From Octopus sinensis (taxonomy: Eukaryota), in NCBI RefSeq assembly GCF_006345805.1, contig NC_043010.1, positions 34,348,001-34,412,000 of the forward strand: a stretch of 64,000 bases of DNA, read 5' to 3'. Positions 1-14,311 of this stretch are shown one piece after another; position 1 is the stretch's first letter; each line of letters begins with the position of its first letter. The notes beneath the pieces are model-generated. The model was not told where the DNA came from. It saw only the letters and a program-made list of their open reading frames with translations, and did no database searches. The position numbers were made by a program, and so were the translations under genes.

Positions 1-146
1 AGCAAGTCAGCATGGTGGAGCTATTCCTCCATAAGCTGTATCTCCAAGAGTATTTTGAACTCAGAAATCAATAGCATTAGGTACAAGTTATACATAAAAC
101 AGACTTGTGATACAAGGTCAAAAATTATGTGGGAGGAAACAGTTGC

Positions 147-332
147 TTAATCCTTTAGCATTTAAATTGGTCAAATCTGACCAAAATATTCTATCTGTTT
201 TATGGCTCAAGCTGGCCAGATCCTGCCTCTCACACCTACCCTATAATGTCATTGCAAATATAAATAAGCACACCAAAAAGTGAATAAATAGAAATTACAT
301 TTGACAGAGTAATCTGCATACTAAAGGGTTAA
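147..332. mobile_element. TTAA-flanked piggyBac-like MITE, family P1
   Basis: TTAA|TCCTTTAGCATT ... ATACTAAAGGG|TTAA. Homologous to 51832-52020. Confidence 0.75.
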
Positions 333-608
333 ATCAAGTACAATATTTTAAAAAGATGAAAAACATTGTTGACTTTAGTGCAATTTGAACTTAGAATGTA
401 AAAAGGGATAGCTAAATGCAGCATTGTGCTACTGTTTCTGCCATTCCCTTGCCTTAATAATAGCTGATGTTTCCTTTTTATTGTAATGTACAAGTTTATC
501 TTTAAACCAAAGTATATAAAAAAAAATCAATAATAGTAATAATGATAACTGAATTTAAGTAATTTCACTGAAAAAAGAAATGGACAGAAATAAAGAAAAA
601 AAACCTAC

Positions 609-651
609 CTTCAGCTGTAAACCGGCTTGTAACATCATCCTCGATGATGGC
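609..651 (-). CDS. GPAT3/4: GPAT3/4 coding exon 4 (gene continues off the left edge)
   Basis: Acceptor ttctccatcag and donor GAAG|gtaggt. 43 nt, phase 0 to 1: AIIEDDVTSRFTAE, matching the family motif (T/A)I(M/V)(D/E)DEVT(K/Q)RFS(A/S)EE that directly follows the exon 3 sequence. Confidence 0.93.
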
Positions 652-720
652 CTGATGGAGAATGTAAAAATTGAAATTAGCCATTTTATGTGACTTTGTT
701 AACACATCTATATAACATGT

Positions 721-764
<44 letters not shown>

Positions 765-2039
765 TGTGCATTCACAGATATATGTAATTGCTGTTTATGT
801 CACGCATAAATAAACCTCTAACAAACTCAATACAGTTCCAGCACAAGGTTCTATGGGATGCTTTTATACATTTTGTACCACACAGATGAAACAAAAACGA
901 AACTCATCTCTACTTCTTCTCACCCTTAATGCATTCAATCTCCCCTCCTCAACTCCTTACACAGCACTAACCCTTAAATTAAGCTCAGTCCCTTCTTTTC
1001 CAAAACATCATCCCAACACATATCTATGCCAGTAACTTTTAAACAATATCTTTTTCATATAATTTTAAATAGCATTCGATTGAACACAGGGAAATTGGGA
1101 AATTCACCCTCTTTCTCTCTGATGAGTGGATGCATTACCTAATAATGATTATCAATTTTAGATTCCATTTCTAAAGCTAATACACTCATGAAACGATCGT
1201 GAGATATTATAAACTTATTGACTTTTTAGATAATCATACTTTATATATATATTTATACATCTATCTATTAATGTATTATTTTCGACGTATATCTTCTGTG
1301 ATGATTTTTTGATGTAATATCCTGATCTTGATTTAAGATCTTCCTTTTCCACACCTTATTACAGCCAGTTACATTATACTACTTCAAAATAAGCTTGACA
1401 AGTTTTATGACTATACCCACTATGATTCTGTCATCTCCCTCATGCCCTTTCCTAACAGACACTGCTCTATTGTCTTAGATTTTGATATACAAATATTTGA
1501 TAAACTAGGACTACAAATCATAACTGACCCCAAAAATCAGTGACAAGCTAGAACCCTAACAAGTTTCTCTTTTTCCCTGATGTCTTAGTAGCTTCTAAGC
1601 TGAAGTGAAAACAGCATGGATTTTGTCTGTCTTCCTACCCTCTTAGAGGATTTAAGTAAAATTATACAAATGTGTCTGACTGTTTAAATTAATTTTATTT
1701 ATTTATGCAGCTTGATATAGTTGCGGTCTATTTATTTATTCATGCCTTCAATGCTGGCATAGGTTGGATGATTTGACAGGAGTTGGCCATGTAGAAGACT
1801 ACACCAGCCTTCAGTGTCTGCTTTGGCAGGGTTTTTATGGCAGGATGTCCTTCCTAACACCAACCAATCTGTAGAGTGGACTGAGTGCTTTTTAAACACA
1901 CACAAAATTATAAAGACATAAACATGATTAAAGTCACTGAGATGTTTCTAGTTTAATCTGTCTCAAAACAAGGCAGTATTTCCCCATGGCTAGACATGCT
2001 TTCATGGAAGACTGGAAATAAATAAAGAACCTCACTGGT

Positions 2040-2426
2040 ATTATTCTTTTACTTGTTTCAGTCATCTGACTGCGGCCATGCTGGAGCACTGCCTTTTAGT
2101 TGAACAAATCAACCCCAGGACTTATTCTTTGTAAGCATAGTACTTATTCTGTCATTCTTTTTTGCCGAAGCGCTAAGTTACGGGGGCCTAAATACACCAG
2201 TATCAGTTGTCAAGCGATGGTGGGAGGACAAACACAGACACACAATCATACACACACATACATATATATGATGGGCTTCTTTCAGTTTCTGTGTACCAAA
2301 TCCACTCACAAGGCTTTGGTTGGCCTGAGGCTATAGAAGACAGTTGCCCTAGGTGCCACGCATTGGGACTGAACCCAGAACCATGTGGTTGGTAAGCAAG
2401 CTACTTACCACACAGCCACTCCTGCG
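2040..2426 (-). mobile_element. tRNA-derived SINE family A (head GGCGCAGGAGTGGCTGTGTGGTAAG, central GCCTTGTGAGTGGATTTGGTAGACGGAAACTG, internal microsatellite)
   Basis: A/B-box-like head and a (TA/CA) tract. Many near-identical copies occur in the window. Confidence 0.9.
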
Positions 2427-2614
2427 TATAATGATGATGTTCATTTACAACCATCACGTGATGTCCACACACACACACACACACACACTTAAAATCAGCT
2501 GAAACTGTATATAAGTTACTGAAGAGTTAAGTTTTGTGCATACCACTTACGCATAAAAAAACTTTTAGCCTTGAGTCCTTTATGTAACTTTTTAACCAAT
2601 TAAAAAAATGTGTG

Positions 2615-2645
<31 letters not shown>

Positions 2646-3347
2646 GAGTACTGAACTAAATACATCAAAACATTTCAGAGAAATGTCTGAAATGTTTAAT
2701 GTATTTTCGATTTTCCGTTCTTCATGGCAAATAAAACTGACCCCTTGTAATTTGTATTTTTTTTTCTATAGTAAATAAATATAACCTTAGTAACAGCTTT
2801 ATGCCCAATCAACAGAAAGTTAACATTCATCAGTATTAAACAAAATGTAAAATGCACAAAAGATAAATAGTTGTTTTCTAAAATAAACAACTACTTGTTT
2901 TTTAGACATGTAAAGATATCTTTAAATATTTAATCCGTTACAGACAGAATAATCCAGCACAATAACCTCCATATATACACACAATGGAAAGTAATGTCCT
3001 TCACACATCAACTTAATCCTTTAAAAGTGTCAATATATGCCTAACATTGTCAGTGCATCGCCAAGACCGACATTACCCTGTAAACTTGAGCTTAAGGAAA
3101 ACAAAACACACCTTTTCTTATCAAAGTAGTGAATGGCAAAATAACAGAGCAACGGACTAAATGCCTTGTGGTACTTAGTAAAATCCATTTAAGATTTTAG
3201 CATTCAAATTTCATTAAAAGCCACTTTGCCTTTTATCTTTCTTGTTTGATGAAACATGTATTAGTCAAATACTATGGCCAACTTAAAATCTGCTGAGAGC
3301 CAATGTTAGAAATCATCATCATCATTATCATTATTATTATTATTATT

Positions 3348-4030
3348 GTGGTGAGCTGGCAGAATCGTTAGCACACTGAATGAAATGCTTAGTGGTATTT
3401 CGCCCATTGCTGCATTCTGAGTTCAAATTCTGCTGAGGTCGACTTTGCCTTTTATCCTTTTGGGGCTGATAAAATAAGTACCAGATGAACACTGGGGTCG
3501 AAGTAATTGGCTCATGCCCACCTCTTCCAAGTTGCCCTTGTGGCAAAAATTTGAAATAATAATAATAATAATAATTTTTATTATTATTATTGTTAGCATG
3601 CCAGGCAAACTGCTTTGTGGCATTTCATCCGTCTTTACATTCTGGGTTCAAATTCTGTCAAGGTTGACTTTGCCTTTCATCCTTTTGGGGTCGATAAATT
3701 AAGTACCAGTCAAGTACTGGGGTTGATGTGATCGACTATCCCCCTCCCCACAAATTCCAGGCCCTGTGCCTATAGTAGAAAGGATTATCATTATTATTAT
3801 TATTATTACTAAGGGCAGAGTGAAAATATCTAAAAGAATTGGTAGAACATCACACAAACTGCCTTGCAATATTTAGTCATGTTCTGTGTTCTTTGTTCAA
3901 ATCCTGCCCAGGTCAGGTTTGGCTTTCATCCTTCTGGTGGGTGGATAAAATAAAGTACCATTCAAAGAACTGAAGTCAATTTAGTCGACTAACCTTTCAC
4001 AAAAAATATGTGTGGCCTTGCACCAAAAGA
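3348..4030 (+). mobile_element. Three tandem copies of SINE family B (GGCGAGCTGGCAGAATCGTTAGCA...GAGGTCGACTTTGCCTTTCATCC...AAGTACCAG)
   Basis: Repeated head, core and tail separated by (ATT)n tracts. Confidence 0.85.
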
Positions 4031-4235
4031 TAGAAACCACTATTACTGCTGCTGCTGTAATAGTGTTGTTGCTGAAGCAGCAGAGTGCCGAACCATATGC
4101 TTTAGTATATTTGATTTCACCTCTCTGTAGTGTTGCCAGATCAGTTTCATAAAAAGTAGCACAAAAATTTTTTTAAAGTAGTGGATTGATTTAGAATGCA
4201 GCCTAAATGAAAATTTTGCTAACAACCATACACAA

Positions 4236-4273
<38 letters not shown>

Positions 4274-4958
4274 CCTATATATATGAGGCTATATATATAT
4301 ATACACACACATACAAACACATATATACATACAAATTTACACATACATACATACACAATCATCAGGATGGTCTATTGATCAATTCTAATTTATTTATTTT
4401 TTTCTTAATTTAAAGCAATAATTCGTAATAGTTGAAATTTTAAAGTAGCAGCCCAAATTGAATACAAATTCCAGCATGCGGTCCAGTAAAGTACACATAA
4501 TCTGGTCCCTGTAGCCTGATATGGCAACTCTATCCTTTAATGTTCAGATTTCAAATCCCATTGAGGTTTTTGAGAGAGGTAGTAGGTGGCACTTTGCCTA
4601 CCTTTGTCTCTTCTCTTTAGAGTAAAGGAGGGTATTAAGAATAAGTGTCAATAAGGTATTGAGGTTAGCTAAATTTATTATACCCTTTAGTTGCATGAAT
4701 TACCCTTCTATTAGTCTGAGTATCTAGCCTGCTCCCTGTAGTATAAATGGTAGCTCGTATGTTCTGTGAGTAGATTTGGTGCTGTTGTTGGTTAGCTTCA
4801 AGTCAACTCTGATCAAGAAGGCCAATAAGGCACCCTGCTTTTTTACAATGTGCAGGCAACCCACAGCCATATTAATTAATGTTTTTCCCTAAGAAATTAG
4901 GTTGTAATTTATGAAAGATTTGGCAGCCATTTCTAACAGGGTGAATAACCATGTAGAT

Positions 4959-5210
4959 CAGTACTTTCAACCATTCTTTCATTTGTGGACTCCTTAAATT
5001 CCTATTTTACTAGAGTGGACCCCATAGCCATCCAATGTTTTTAAAAAATCTCATATTTTTACAATAAAATATTATTAAAACTTGTATGAAAAATATGTTA
5101 AAATATTTTGTGTACTGTAGAAGTATAAGCAATTTATTGCAGATAAATTTTAACAACAAAATTTTATGTGGACCCTCAAAGGTCATATGGACCCCGGTTG
5201 GGTACCATTG
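4959..5210. mobile_element. hAT (Charlie-like) MITE
   Basis: Ends CAGTACTTTCAACC ... GGTTGGGTACCATTG, with 8-bp TSD ATGTAGAT / ATATAGAT. Same family as 17279-17518. Confidence 0.8.
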
Positions 5211-7545
5211 ATATAGATCCTCTCTTGCTGGGTCAGGGATTGTTAGTATTTTAGGGAGTGGGGTGGTGAAACTAGTACCAAATTCAGTGACCTTCCTTTG
5301 TGAGAATTTAATTTCTGTCTTAGTTGGCTTCATCACATGTCTCTCTGGTATCAATAAAAAATAAATACCAGTCATGTACTAACATCCAACCAATTGACTA
5401 TGCCACTCTCATACAACATCTGGCTTTGTGCCAGTGTGAGAAATTCTTTGGATAATCATGCAACAGGTAGCAGAATTCTCACCACTTGACTCATCATATA
5501 ATCATTTGGTAGTAAAAACCATCAATATTATCATTATCACAAAGGTGGCGAGCTGGCAGAATCATTACCATGCTGGGCAGAATACTTAGCAGTATTTTGT
5601 CCATCCCTATGTTCCGAGTTCAAATGCCGCCAAGGTCAACTTTGTCTTTCATCCTTTCGGTCTCACTTGATCTACTAGAAATGGTAAGCAAATCCCTACT
5701 ATCTTGCTTATAGAGGGATGCACTGAATGATACAGACTTAAAAGCACAATACTGAGAAAAGGACAGGGTGATTATAGCTAGAACTCCATTCATTATAAGT
5801 CAGTTTCTGTAAAGCATTAATAAAATATGTCTTGAAGTGTTTGTTCCAGCTCTTTATATTCTGGTTAACATTGAAGGTAAAGATATAAAAAGGGTATGGG
5901 CCTAGCTGGAGTGTGTTTGATAAGTTCTCTTGGATAGGGTTGGGCTGACCTAATGCTAAACAAAAAAAAAAAAAAAAAAGAAAACTATCACAAACACTAA
6001 CCACAACTGAACCAATGAAGGAGCATCTGCATGACATCAATTATTAGAGATCTATTGAAACAGAACTGGCCTCAACGTAACCAGACTAAGTATGTTTATG
6101 TAAGATAATAAACTATATGCAGTGTGACAGTCAGTGTGTAATGCTGTAATAAAATGTTTAATAGCACATGACTCAGGTACATTAGGCCTACTTTCATTCA
6201 CTAGAGTTTTAACACAATCCAATCTTCACAACAAGACTAAGTATGAATTCACTGCTAAGATGTTTGATATAATAAATGCAATGAAAAATATTTAAATAAC
6301 AATTTGAGAGAGACAGGAACAAACCCATATAATGTATCTGTTGTATTATAATATCTAATATTGAGTAATAGAATGGCAGGCACTTATTATCACCATCATC
6401 ATCGTTTAACATCTGTCTCAAATTGGTGCTAATAAAGTCTAATATCAAGACTAAGTATATATATTTTACATATATATATATATATCCTCTGTTTCCAAGC
6501 AAGGTAATATTTTTCCATGGCTGGACATGTTTTCATGGAAGATTGGAAATGAGGGGCCATGCTTGCACAACAATGATTTTTATAAAGACAAGAAGACCTA
6601 AACCTTCATACACAAACATGTGCATACAACAAGCTTCTTTCAGTTTCCTTCTACCAAATCTATTGACAAACCTTTGGTTGGCCTTGGACTATAGTAGAAG
6701 ACCAAGGTGATTTGTAGTGGGACTGAACCTAAAATTAAGTGGTTGGGAAGCAAACTTCTTAATCATGCAGCTATAAAGTGTCCTGATTTTCTTATGAAAC
6801 AAATTCTTTTATAGAGACACATCTATGGTTAAAATATACACCCAATTTTAGAGAATAACTATCACCTCCACTGTGCAAATAAACTGAAATGAAAAGAAAA
6901 CATTTAAAATAGGCCATGTCATTGTTTCTAAAGTACCTGTAGTGCTGACCTCATCCTCATTCAAGCTTGGACTAAGATCAAACACTTAGACATTTTTTTT
7001 ATAAGAGTCTGTATCAGTGATCTGAAGTTGACCCTGAGAAGATTATAACACAGAATAAATACAAACACACACAAACAAACATCATGTGTGTTTTTGTGTT
7101 CATATACATAAGGTCAACAATGTACTGGCTTAATAGCCGAGTTTCTCTAACTACCAGTCTATTTGTATTGTATTTCTTTTTTACACAACATATAATCAAA
7201 TCTAGAACAGTAGAATTTTATCAGCTTTTTGGGTTCTTTAAAAATAAAAGAAAATGAAGGTAGAACTTCTCTTACTAACAAACAAGAAATAGAATAAGCA
7301 AAAAAACAAAGCATGATAGGTTAATGATAGAGTGTGTCGGTGAAATGAGAGTTGGGCAAAGCGATGATGACAGGTTAATGCCATAACAAAAGCCAGTGTC
7401 AATATTCAATGCAGGGAGCATTTAAAAGCTTACTTAACATACAAGGACTAGGGGCTTCCCTCCCAACCACTACTGTTTGCTGATGTAAAGATTAGAAAGA
7501 ACCAGGCTATATTCCTATGTTATGTGTAAGAGACAAGACATGAAG

Positions 7546-7862
7546 ATGCGTGGCTTAGTGGTTAGGGTATTTGGCTCACAATTGTAAGGGCATGAGTTCA
7601 ATTTCTGGTGGTGTGTTGTGTCCTTGAGCATGACACTTTATTTTCATGTTGCCCCAGTCCACTCAGCTGGCAAAAACAAGTTGTATCTGAAATTCAAAGG
7701 ACCAGCCATGTCACACTGTGTCAGGCTGAAATCACCCTGAGATTTACATTAAGGGTGCACATGACTGTGGGATGCTCAGTCATTTACACATTAATTTCAT
7801 GAGCAGGTAGTTCTGGTGATCAGATCACTAGAAACCTTTGTCATAACCGACAGTATGCCAGT
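7546..7862 (+). mobile_element. tRNA-headed CORE-like SINE family C; other copies at about 8113-8335, 27745-27960, 46990-47155(-)
   Basis: GCGTGGCTTAGTGGTTAGGG...GAGTTCAATT head, followed by TGTGTCCTTGAGCA.GACACTTTATTTC...CAGTCCACTCAGCTG (MIR-CORE-like). Confidence 0.75.
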
Positions 7863-8076
7863 GTGTGTGTGTGAGAGAGAGAGAGAGATGGAGAGGGGAG
7901 AAGTAATGAGATATTCGTAAATCACTGCACAACGTTGTACATTTTGTTAATTATATCATGGCTATGAAGTCCACTCCACAACATGGTCTTTAAGTTTGAT
8001 CTCATTGCAATGACCAATATCTTATGAATGGAATAGATAGACACACAGTGTGAGGAAGCCTGTTCCTATATATAAT

Positions 8077-8113
<37 letters not shown>

Positions 8114-10399
8114 GCACATGACTTAGTGGTTAGAGTGTTGAACTTACGATCATGAGGTTGTGAGTTTGATTCTCGGACTGTTGCTCTGAGTTGTGTTCTT
8201 GAGCAAGAGACTTTATTTCATGTTGCTCCAGTTTGCTCATCTGTAGAAATAAGTTGTGTTGTCACTAATGCCAAGCTGTATCAGCCTTTGCCTTTCCATT
8301 GGTGCAATCCCATGGTCATTCATGACCAAAGGGAGTCAAAAGATATATACATATATTATTCTTATACAAGAATGTCGTTGACACTAGCTAAGTTTCAGCT
8401 AGCTAAGCCATTGCCAGACTGCAGTGCATTAGAGTTGGTTTTTGCCTTTGTTTCCAATATTCTGTGAAAACAGGTCTGGTAATGGGGAGAAAATATTACC
8501 TTACTTGGAAACAGGTGAGGGTTGGTAACAGGAAAGGCATCTGGCTATAGAAAATCCACCTAAACGAATTCCATCTGAACTGTGTGAGCATGGAAAAGTG
8601 AATGTTAAAATGAGGACGAAGATGATGAGGAAATAAACTTGCAAAGTTGTGTGTGAGAGAGAAAAAAAATGTTCCCTATATGTGTGTGTATGTGTTTGTC
8701 TTTAGTAAAGGGTATAAACATACATAAGATTAGATGCCCACTCTTCCACAAAAATGTGTTTTGTAAATGAAATCTTGAGAAATTTGTTCTACATTGAGTT
8801 AGATACTCCCCTGTCACTCACACCATCAGCATTATCTTTGGGAACACTATCTGGTGCTTCAAACTTTTTAATGTATTATGCCAAGGCATGTCCTCCAAAT
8901 GCTAGATTAAGTATTTAAATGCATTGAACCGTGGGTGTTCCAGATTAGAAATGCAAACTGTGTGGATGTATAAAGCATTGGAAACCCTGTAACCAATTAT
9001 GCTCAAGTATCACAGAATAATATAACTTCATTTTATATTGATGACTACTTTATTTGCTAGAATAATGGTTTCTTTTTTGTAGTAATAGTAGTAACAATAA
9101 TAATCCTTTTTATAGGTGTAAGGCTTGAAACTGGGGGATGGGGTCAATCAATTACATAGCCCCCCCCCCAATGCTCAGCTGGTACTTATTTTACTGATAC
9201 TGAAAGGAAGAAAGGTAAAGATAACCTGGGTGGAATTTGAACTCAGAATGTAAAGAGCTAGAAGAAATACCATAAAGTAATAATAATAATACTAATCCTT
9301 TCTACTATAGATAGTGATAGCGATGTAATCTTTTTGATACAGTAAGACCTCTAGGGCCAGTTAAGGAACCCCAACATCTAAGATCTCCCTGAATACCAAG
9401 GGTAAGTATTCTTTTCAATTCTTATTCATCAATTCACAGGTCTGTATTTACAGCAGTGCCATCCACTTTTGCTATTTTCACCACTTTCACCCACCTTTCA
9501 ATAAATTCACTCAAGGACAACACCTCCTTCTCCATCCTTACTTTCCTTTTTTTAATTTACACAAAGGAAATGTCAATATAACTGAAAGCTGACAAAAAGA
9601 AGACAAAACAGACATGGAAATATAAAACAAATAATGATATATTATACTTATATCACTAAATTCTAAAATTCTCTAAATCTCAAACTTCATTTTCTTTCTT
9701 TAAATATGAACATCAAAACAATTTGATATATGTTTTATTTTTGGTCTGATAAGACACCTACTCACCATAGGACACTGATATTTATATTACTGGCCAAAGT
9801 TCAGTACATTGCACATTATTTCAATAAAAGTTTCTCAGCTTTTTGATTTTGGTGAATGAATGGAGATAGTGGAATGATTTTAAAGATAATGATTATAAGT
9901 TTAGTTACAATAAGATCTTGTTAAAAAAAAAATCAATACAAAAAACCAAAAAGAACATATATTGAAATTATAGGTAGAAATTTGGTTTTGATAAGGTTTT
10001 TGTATGAGCTTTTATCTATAACAGTATGAACTCAACCATAAAAGGAGGTATTTCACAGGGTCAAGATACTAATTTTGCTCTGATCAGTTGCTAAACTGTT
10101 ACAAAACACGCGTGACCCACCTTTAAAATTCGTGTGCCTCTATCTACACATACAAGCATTCAAGACTGTTATACTTAAATTAGTCTTTTGGCTATATTGA
10201 CAACTATTCACCCTTTAATCTATTGTGAACACTGGTATACAAATATATTGTTCCATTCTGTCTCTTCTGAACAAACAGACCGTTTCCATATAGCCAACCA
10301 TGTCCATTGATGAACATTCAACTCATCTCTTTCACCACTCACCATTCCTACTGTGTTGCTTTTACCAAACCCTGCACTAAACACTACCCTATACTTTTC

Positions 10400-10720
10400 A
10401 CCTAGAATCATACACAACCATGGAACACTTGAAACTCTCGACAATGAGCATTAGGGCTAATCTTTATAATTGGCTGAAGTCCTTCATTCTTAGTCATAGA
10501 GAGATACTCATGGCAATAGGATAACATTCTCTACTCTAAATGACATCTGGAGTCTCACAGGGAACTATTCTTGGTCTACTTTTGTTTGTTGCATATATTA
10601 ATAAAATGGAGGCTGATTTGCAGTATATCACTGTGCTAAAATATACCGATACTAAGCTGTACTTTGAGATAAAAAGAACAGATCTTATATACTATAGATC
10701 TTTTCTGCAATAGATCGCTG
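10400..10720 (+). mobile_element. LINE (CR1/L2-like) reverse transcriptase relic
   Basis: Broken translation LYNWLKSF...SGVSQGTILGLLLFVAYIN...YTDTKLY resembles the RT motifs GVPQGSVLGPLLFLIYIN and FADDTKL. Confidence 0.7.
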
Positions 10721-10786
10721 ACTAGCAACTCAGGCTTGGGAGGAAAATCCCAGAATTTATCGACTCCATGATATAAACCTTAAGTC

Positions 10787-11585
10787 TACTCTCTTTTACT
10801 CTTTTTACTCTTTTACTTGTTTCAGTCATTTGACTGGGGCCATGCTGGAGCACCACCTTTAGTTGAGCAAATCGACCCCAGGACTTATTCATTGTAAGCC
10901 TAGTATTTACTCTATCAGTCTCTTTTGCTGAACCGCTAAGTTACAGGGATGTAAACACACTAGCATCGGTTGTCAAGCGATGTCGGGGAGACAAACACAG
11001 ACATACACACACAGACACACATATATATATATATACATATATATATATACATACATACATACACATATATATATATACATACATACATATACATATATAT
11101 ATATACATACATACATATACATACATACATACACATATATATATATATACATACATACATACACATACATATTTATAAAAATACAAAATAAGACAAGAAC
11201 GCAAAACATTCGGACAACTAGGTGATACAAAAAGGGACAACTAGACATCCAGATAGATGACATAAAAAAAAAACAAGGACAGGTCATTCAAAGCTTTCTA
11301 TCCTCAGTCAAGAACCGGATCATCCTCGCAATTTCGGCTGATTAATCTCGAGCATGTATACATGTATATATATATATATATATATACATATATATGTATA
11401 TATATATATATATATATACATATATACGACGAGCTTCTTCCAGTTTCCGTCTACCAAATCCACTCACAAGGCTTTGGTTGGCCCGAGGCTATAGTAGAAG
11501 ACACTTGCCTAAGGTGCCACGCAGTGGGACTGAACCCGAGACCATGTGGTTGGTAAGCAAGCTACTTACCACACAGCCACTCCTG
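10787..11585 (-). mobile_element. SINE family A with expanded microsatellite and an internal insert (11175-11352)
   Basis: Same head, body and tail as 2040-2426, with an unrelated CpG-containing segment inside the TA tract. Confidence 0.9.
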
Positions 11586-11957
11586 GCATTGTACACTAAA
11601 AAAAGGTATAAAAAAACAGCATGGCAGCCATGATTTTCAGAAACATTTTTATGATGCTCAGAATTGCTGAAATATGGTGTAAGCTACTTGCATTGATTGT
11701 TTGCTGTTAGGACATTGAACCCTTTATAAATTCCATGTTTCCCGAAATTCACCAACATGACTCCTGATGCGCCTATGCACCCTTTTCTCTTTATGGCTTT
11801 CTAATTCTTCACCTTTCTGACATTTTGTGTTTTATCTTGCATACTGTGCATGTACTTTTGGCTATCATTGTCGTCTTTCTTTACTTATTGCTGCTTTCTG
11901 ACCATCTTTTACTCTTTTAACAAACAGTTGTTGTGAACCTGAGTACTGTATTTAATA

Positions 11958-12320
11958 ATCATCATCATCGTTTAACATCTGCTTTCCATGCTGGCATGGG
12001 TTGGACGGTTTGACTGAGGACTGGCAAGCCCGAAGGCTGCACCAGGCTCCAATCTGATCTGGCAAAGTTTCTACAGCTGGATGCCCTTCCTAACACCAAT
12101 CACTCTGAGTGGGTGCTTTTACATGCCACTGGCATGAGGGCCAGTCTGGTGGCACTGGCAACGACCACACTCGAATGTTATTTTTTACATGCCACCGGCA
12201 CATGTGCCAGCAAGGCGATGCTGGCAACAATCACGCTTGAATGGTGCTTTTTACGTGCCACTGGTACAGGAGCCAGTCAGCAGCCCTGGCAACAGTAATG
12301 CTTGGATGATGCTTTTAATG
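11958..12320 (-). mobile_element. Repeat family D with RTE-like 3' tail (…GGACGTTAAACGATGATGATG); other copies at about 37738-37895, 52988-53330, 54860-55143(+), 58083-58350, 59720-60340
   Basis: Shared CATCATCATCGTTTAAC...GGATGCCCTTCCTAAC...GGTGCTTTTTAC(G/A)TGCCAC text with internal ~55-bp subrepeats. Confidence 0.8.
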
Positions 12321-13711
12321 TCTGATAAGCTCATAATTATTATTTCATCCATCCATCAGGTACCAACCAGCAAAACTTTCAGTTAAACAACACCCACATT
12401 GAACTCACTAATTTAGGTGCCCCCTCTCCATAAATGTCATTAATGCTGCCACTCCTCCTGCAACTAATTAAGAAATGCACATAACTTAGTTTAGTGGGTT
12501 GGCATAAAGAGAAGAGTGTTGAATTACAAGAATTACAGTATTTTTAATCTCATACCTCTAGATTCCAAGTTCAATTAGCACTCAAGTTAACTTTCATTAA
12601 GCATTATCATTTCAAGAGGGTTGATAAAATAAGTGCTAGTTGGTTGGTTGGGATTGTTTTAATACTAGTTCAACCCTGACAGAACAGAGCTATGATCAAA
12701 GGTTTTCCAGCCAAGACCATCCTACTATAGTGTATTTAATACTATATTAGCCACTGTAGCCTTTGTTTTTTTCAAGGCAGTAATTTGAAGGAGATATATA
12801 GCAGAAAGGTTACCATTAGCTTGAACAGATACTAGTTATATATAACAGGGTTGGTTAAACTGAATATACTATTCCCATCACATTCTGACTTTTAGAAGTG
12901 GTAGGTTGGCAGAATTTGCAAAGAGCTGAAATATATACTTTGCAATATTTAGTTACACCTCCTTTTCAGAGCACAAATTCTGTCAGGGTTGCTTTTGCCT
13001 TTCACTCCACTGGAATCAATAAAATAACACCAGTCAATTACTTGGATGTGACCAACTGCCAAAATTCATGACCTTGAAACCAAACCATATTAAAAATCCT
13101 CATTATAATAGAAGTAGTGAGTGAAGAATTATTTTACCTCTTTATAACCAGAACAACTTTGCCTTTCATCCCATGGCATTGTACCTAAATTTAAAACCAT
13201 TATCATGGCAGTGGAAAAGTAGAATTGTTAAAGTATTGGATAAAATGTCTTGCAGTATTTGTTCTGGGTCTCCAGAGTCTAGATCCTGTCATGGACAACT
13301 TTGCCTTTCATCGCTGTAGGGTCAATAAAATTAAGTGCTAATAGTTGTCAATGTAATTGACTATTTCCTCTCCTCAGAATTGTTGGCCTTATGCCTAAGT
13401 CAGAAACTATTATCATTCTTCTTATCATTAAGTCAGCGAGCAAGCAGAATCTATAGTGTATTGGACAAAATACTTGGCATTTTTTCTGACTCTCTATGCT
13501 CTGAGTTCAAATTCTGCTGAGGTTGACTTTGCCTTTCATCTTTTTGGGGTTGATAAGATAAAGTATCAGTAATAGAGTGGATATAATCAACCATCACCAT
13601 TCCTTGAAATTGTTGGAATTGTGCCAAAATATGAAAGAATCATTAATATTATTATCAATAAGTTGATAAACTCAGTATTAGTTACATAACAGAGAAGATT
13701 CACCAAGCTAA

Positions 13712-14062
13712 GCGTAGGAGTGGCTGTATGGTAAGTAGCTTGCTTACGAACCACATGGTTCCGGGTTCAGTCCCATTGTGTAGCACCTTGGGCAAGTATC
13801 TTCTACTATTGCCTCGGGCCAACCAAAGCCTTGTGAGTGGATTTGGTAGATGGAAACTAAAAGAAGCCTGTTGTATATATGTATATATACATGTATGTGT
13901 GTATATGTTTGTGTATTGGTGTTTGTCCCCCCAACATTGCTTGACAACTGATAGAATAAGTACTAGGCTTATAAAGAATAAGTCCTGATCTCGATTTGCT
14001 TGATTAAAGGCAGTGCTCCAGCATGGCCACAGTCAAATGACTGAAACAAGTAAAAGAGTAAA
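13712..14062 (+). mobile_element. SINE family A
   Basis: Full head through the GTAAAAGAGTAAA tail. Confidence 0.9.
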
Positions 14063-14266
14063 TGTCCCATGAAAAATATGCTTTGTGCTTGAAGACTGTG
14101 CATGATAGTGAGAAAGGCAATAGAACAAAATCTCAGGTCCACTTGAGTAATGTTTACTTTACATGCTGACAACCTTCTATCAGATTGCAAAAACAATTTA
14201 GCACTTATTTTTGTACCATAAAAAAAAACAACTTATGTCTGTATCCATGTATCTCTCTCTTACTTG

Positions 14267-14311
<45 letters not shown>

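Noticed and set aside
6937-6971. 35-nt AG/GT-bounded segment on the minus strand (PSLNEDEVSTT)
   Set aside because: Its phase (2 to 1) is incompatible with the phase 0 junction between GPAT exons 3 and 4, which join into a continuous conserved motif.
8822-8863. 42-nt in-frame candidate cassette exon (FEAPDSVPKDNADG) with a gtgagt donor
   Set aside because: The acceptor has no pyrimidine tract, and the insert would split the conserved GVE|AIIEDD motif. Only junction reads could rescue it.
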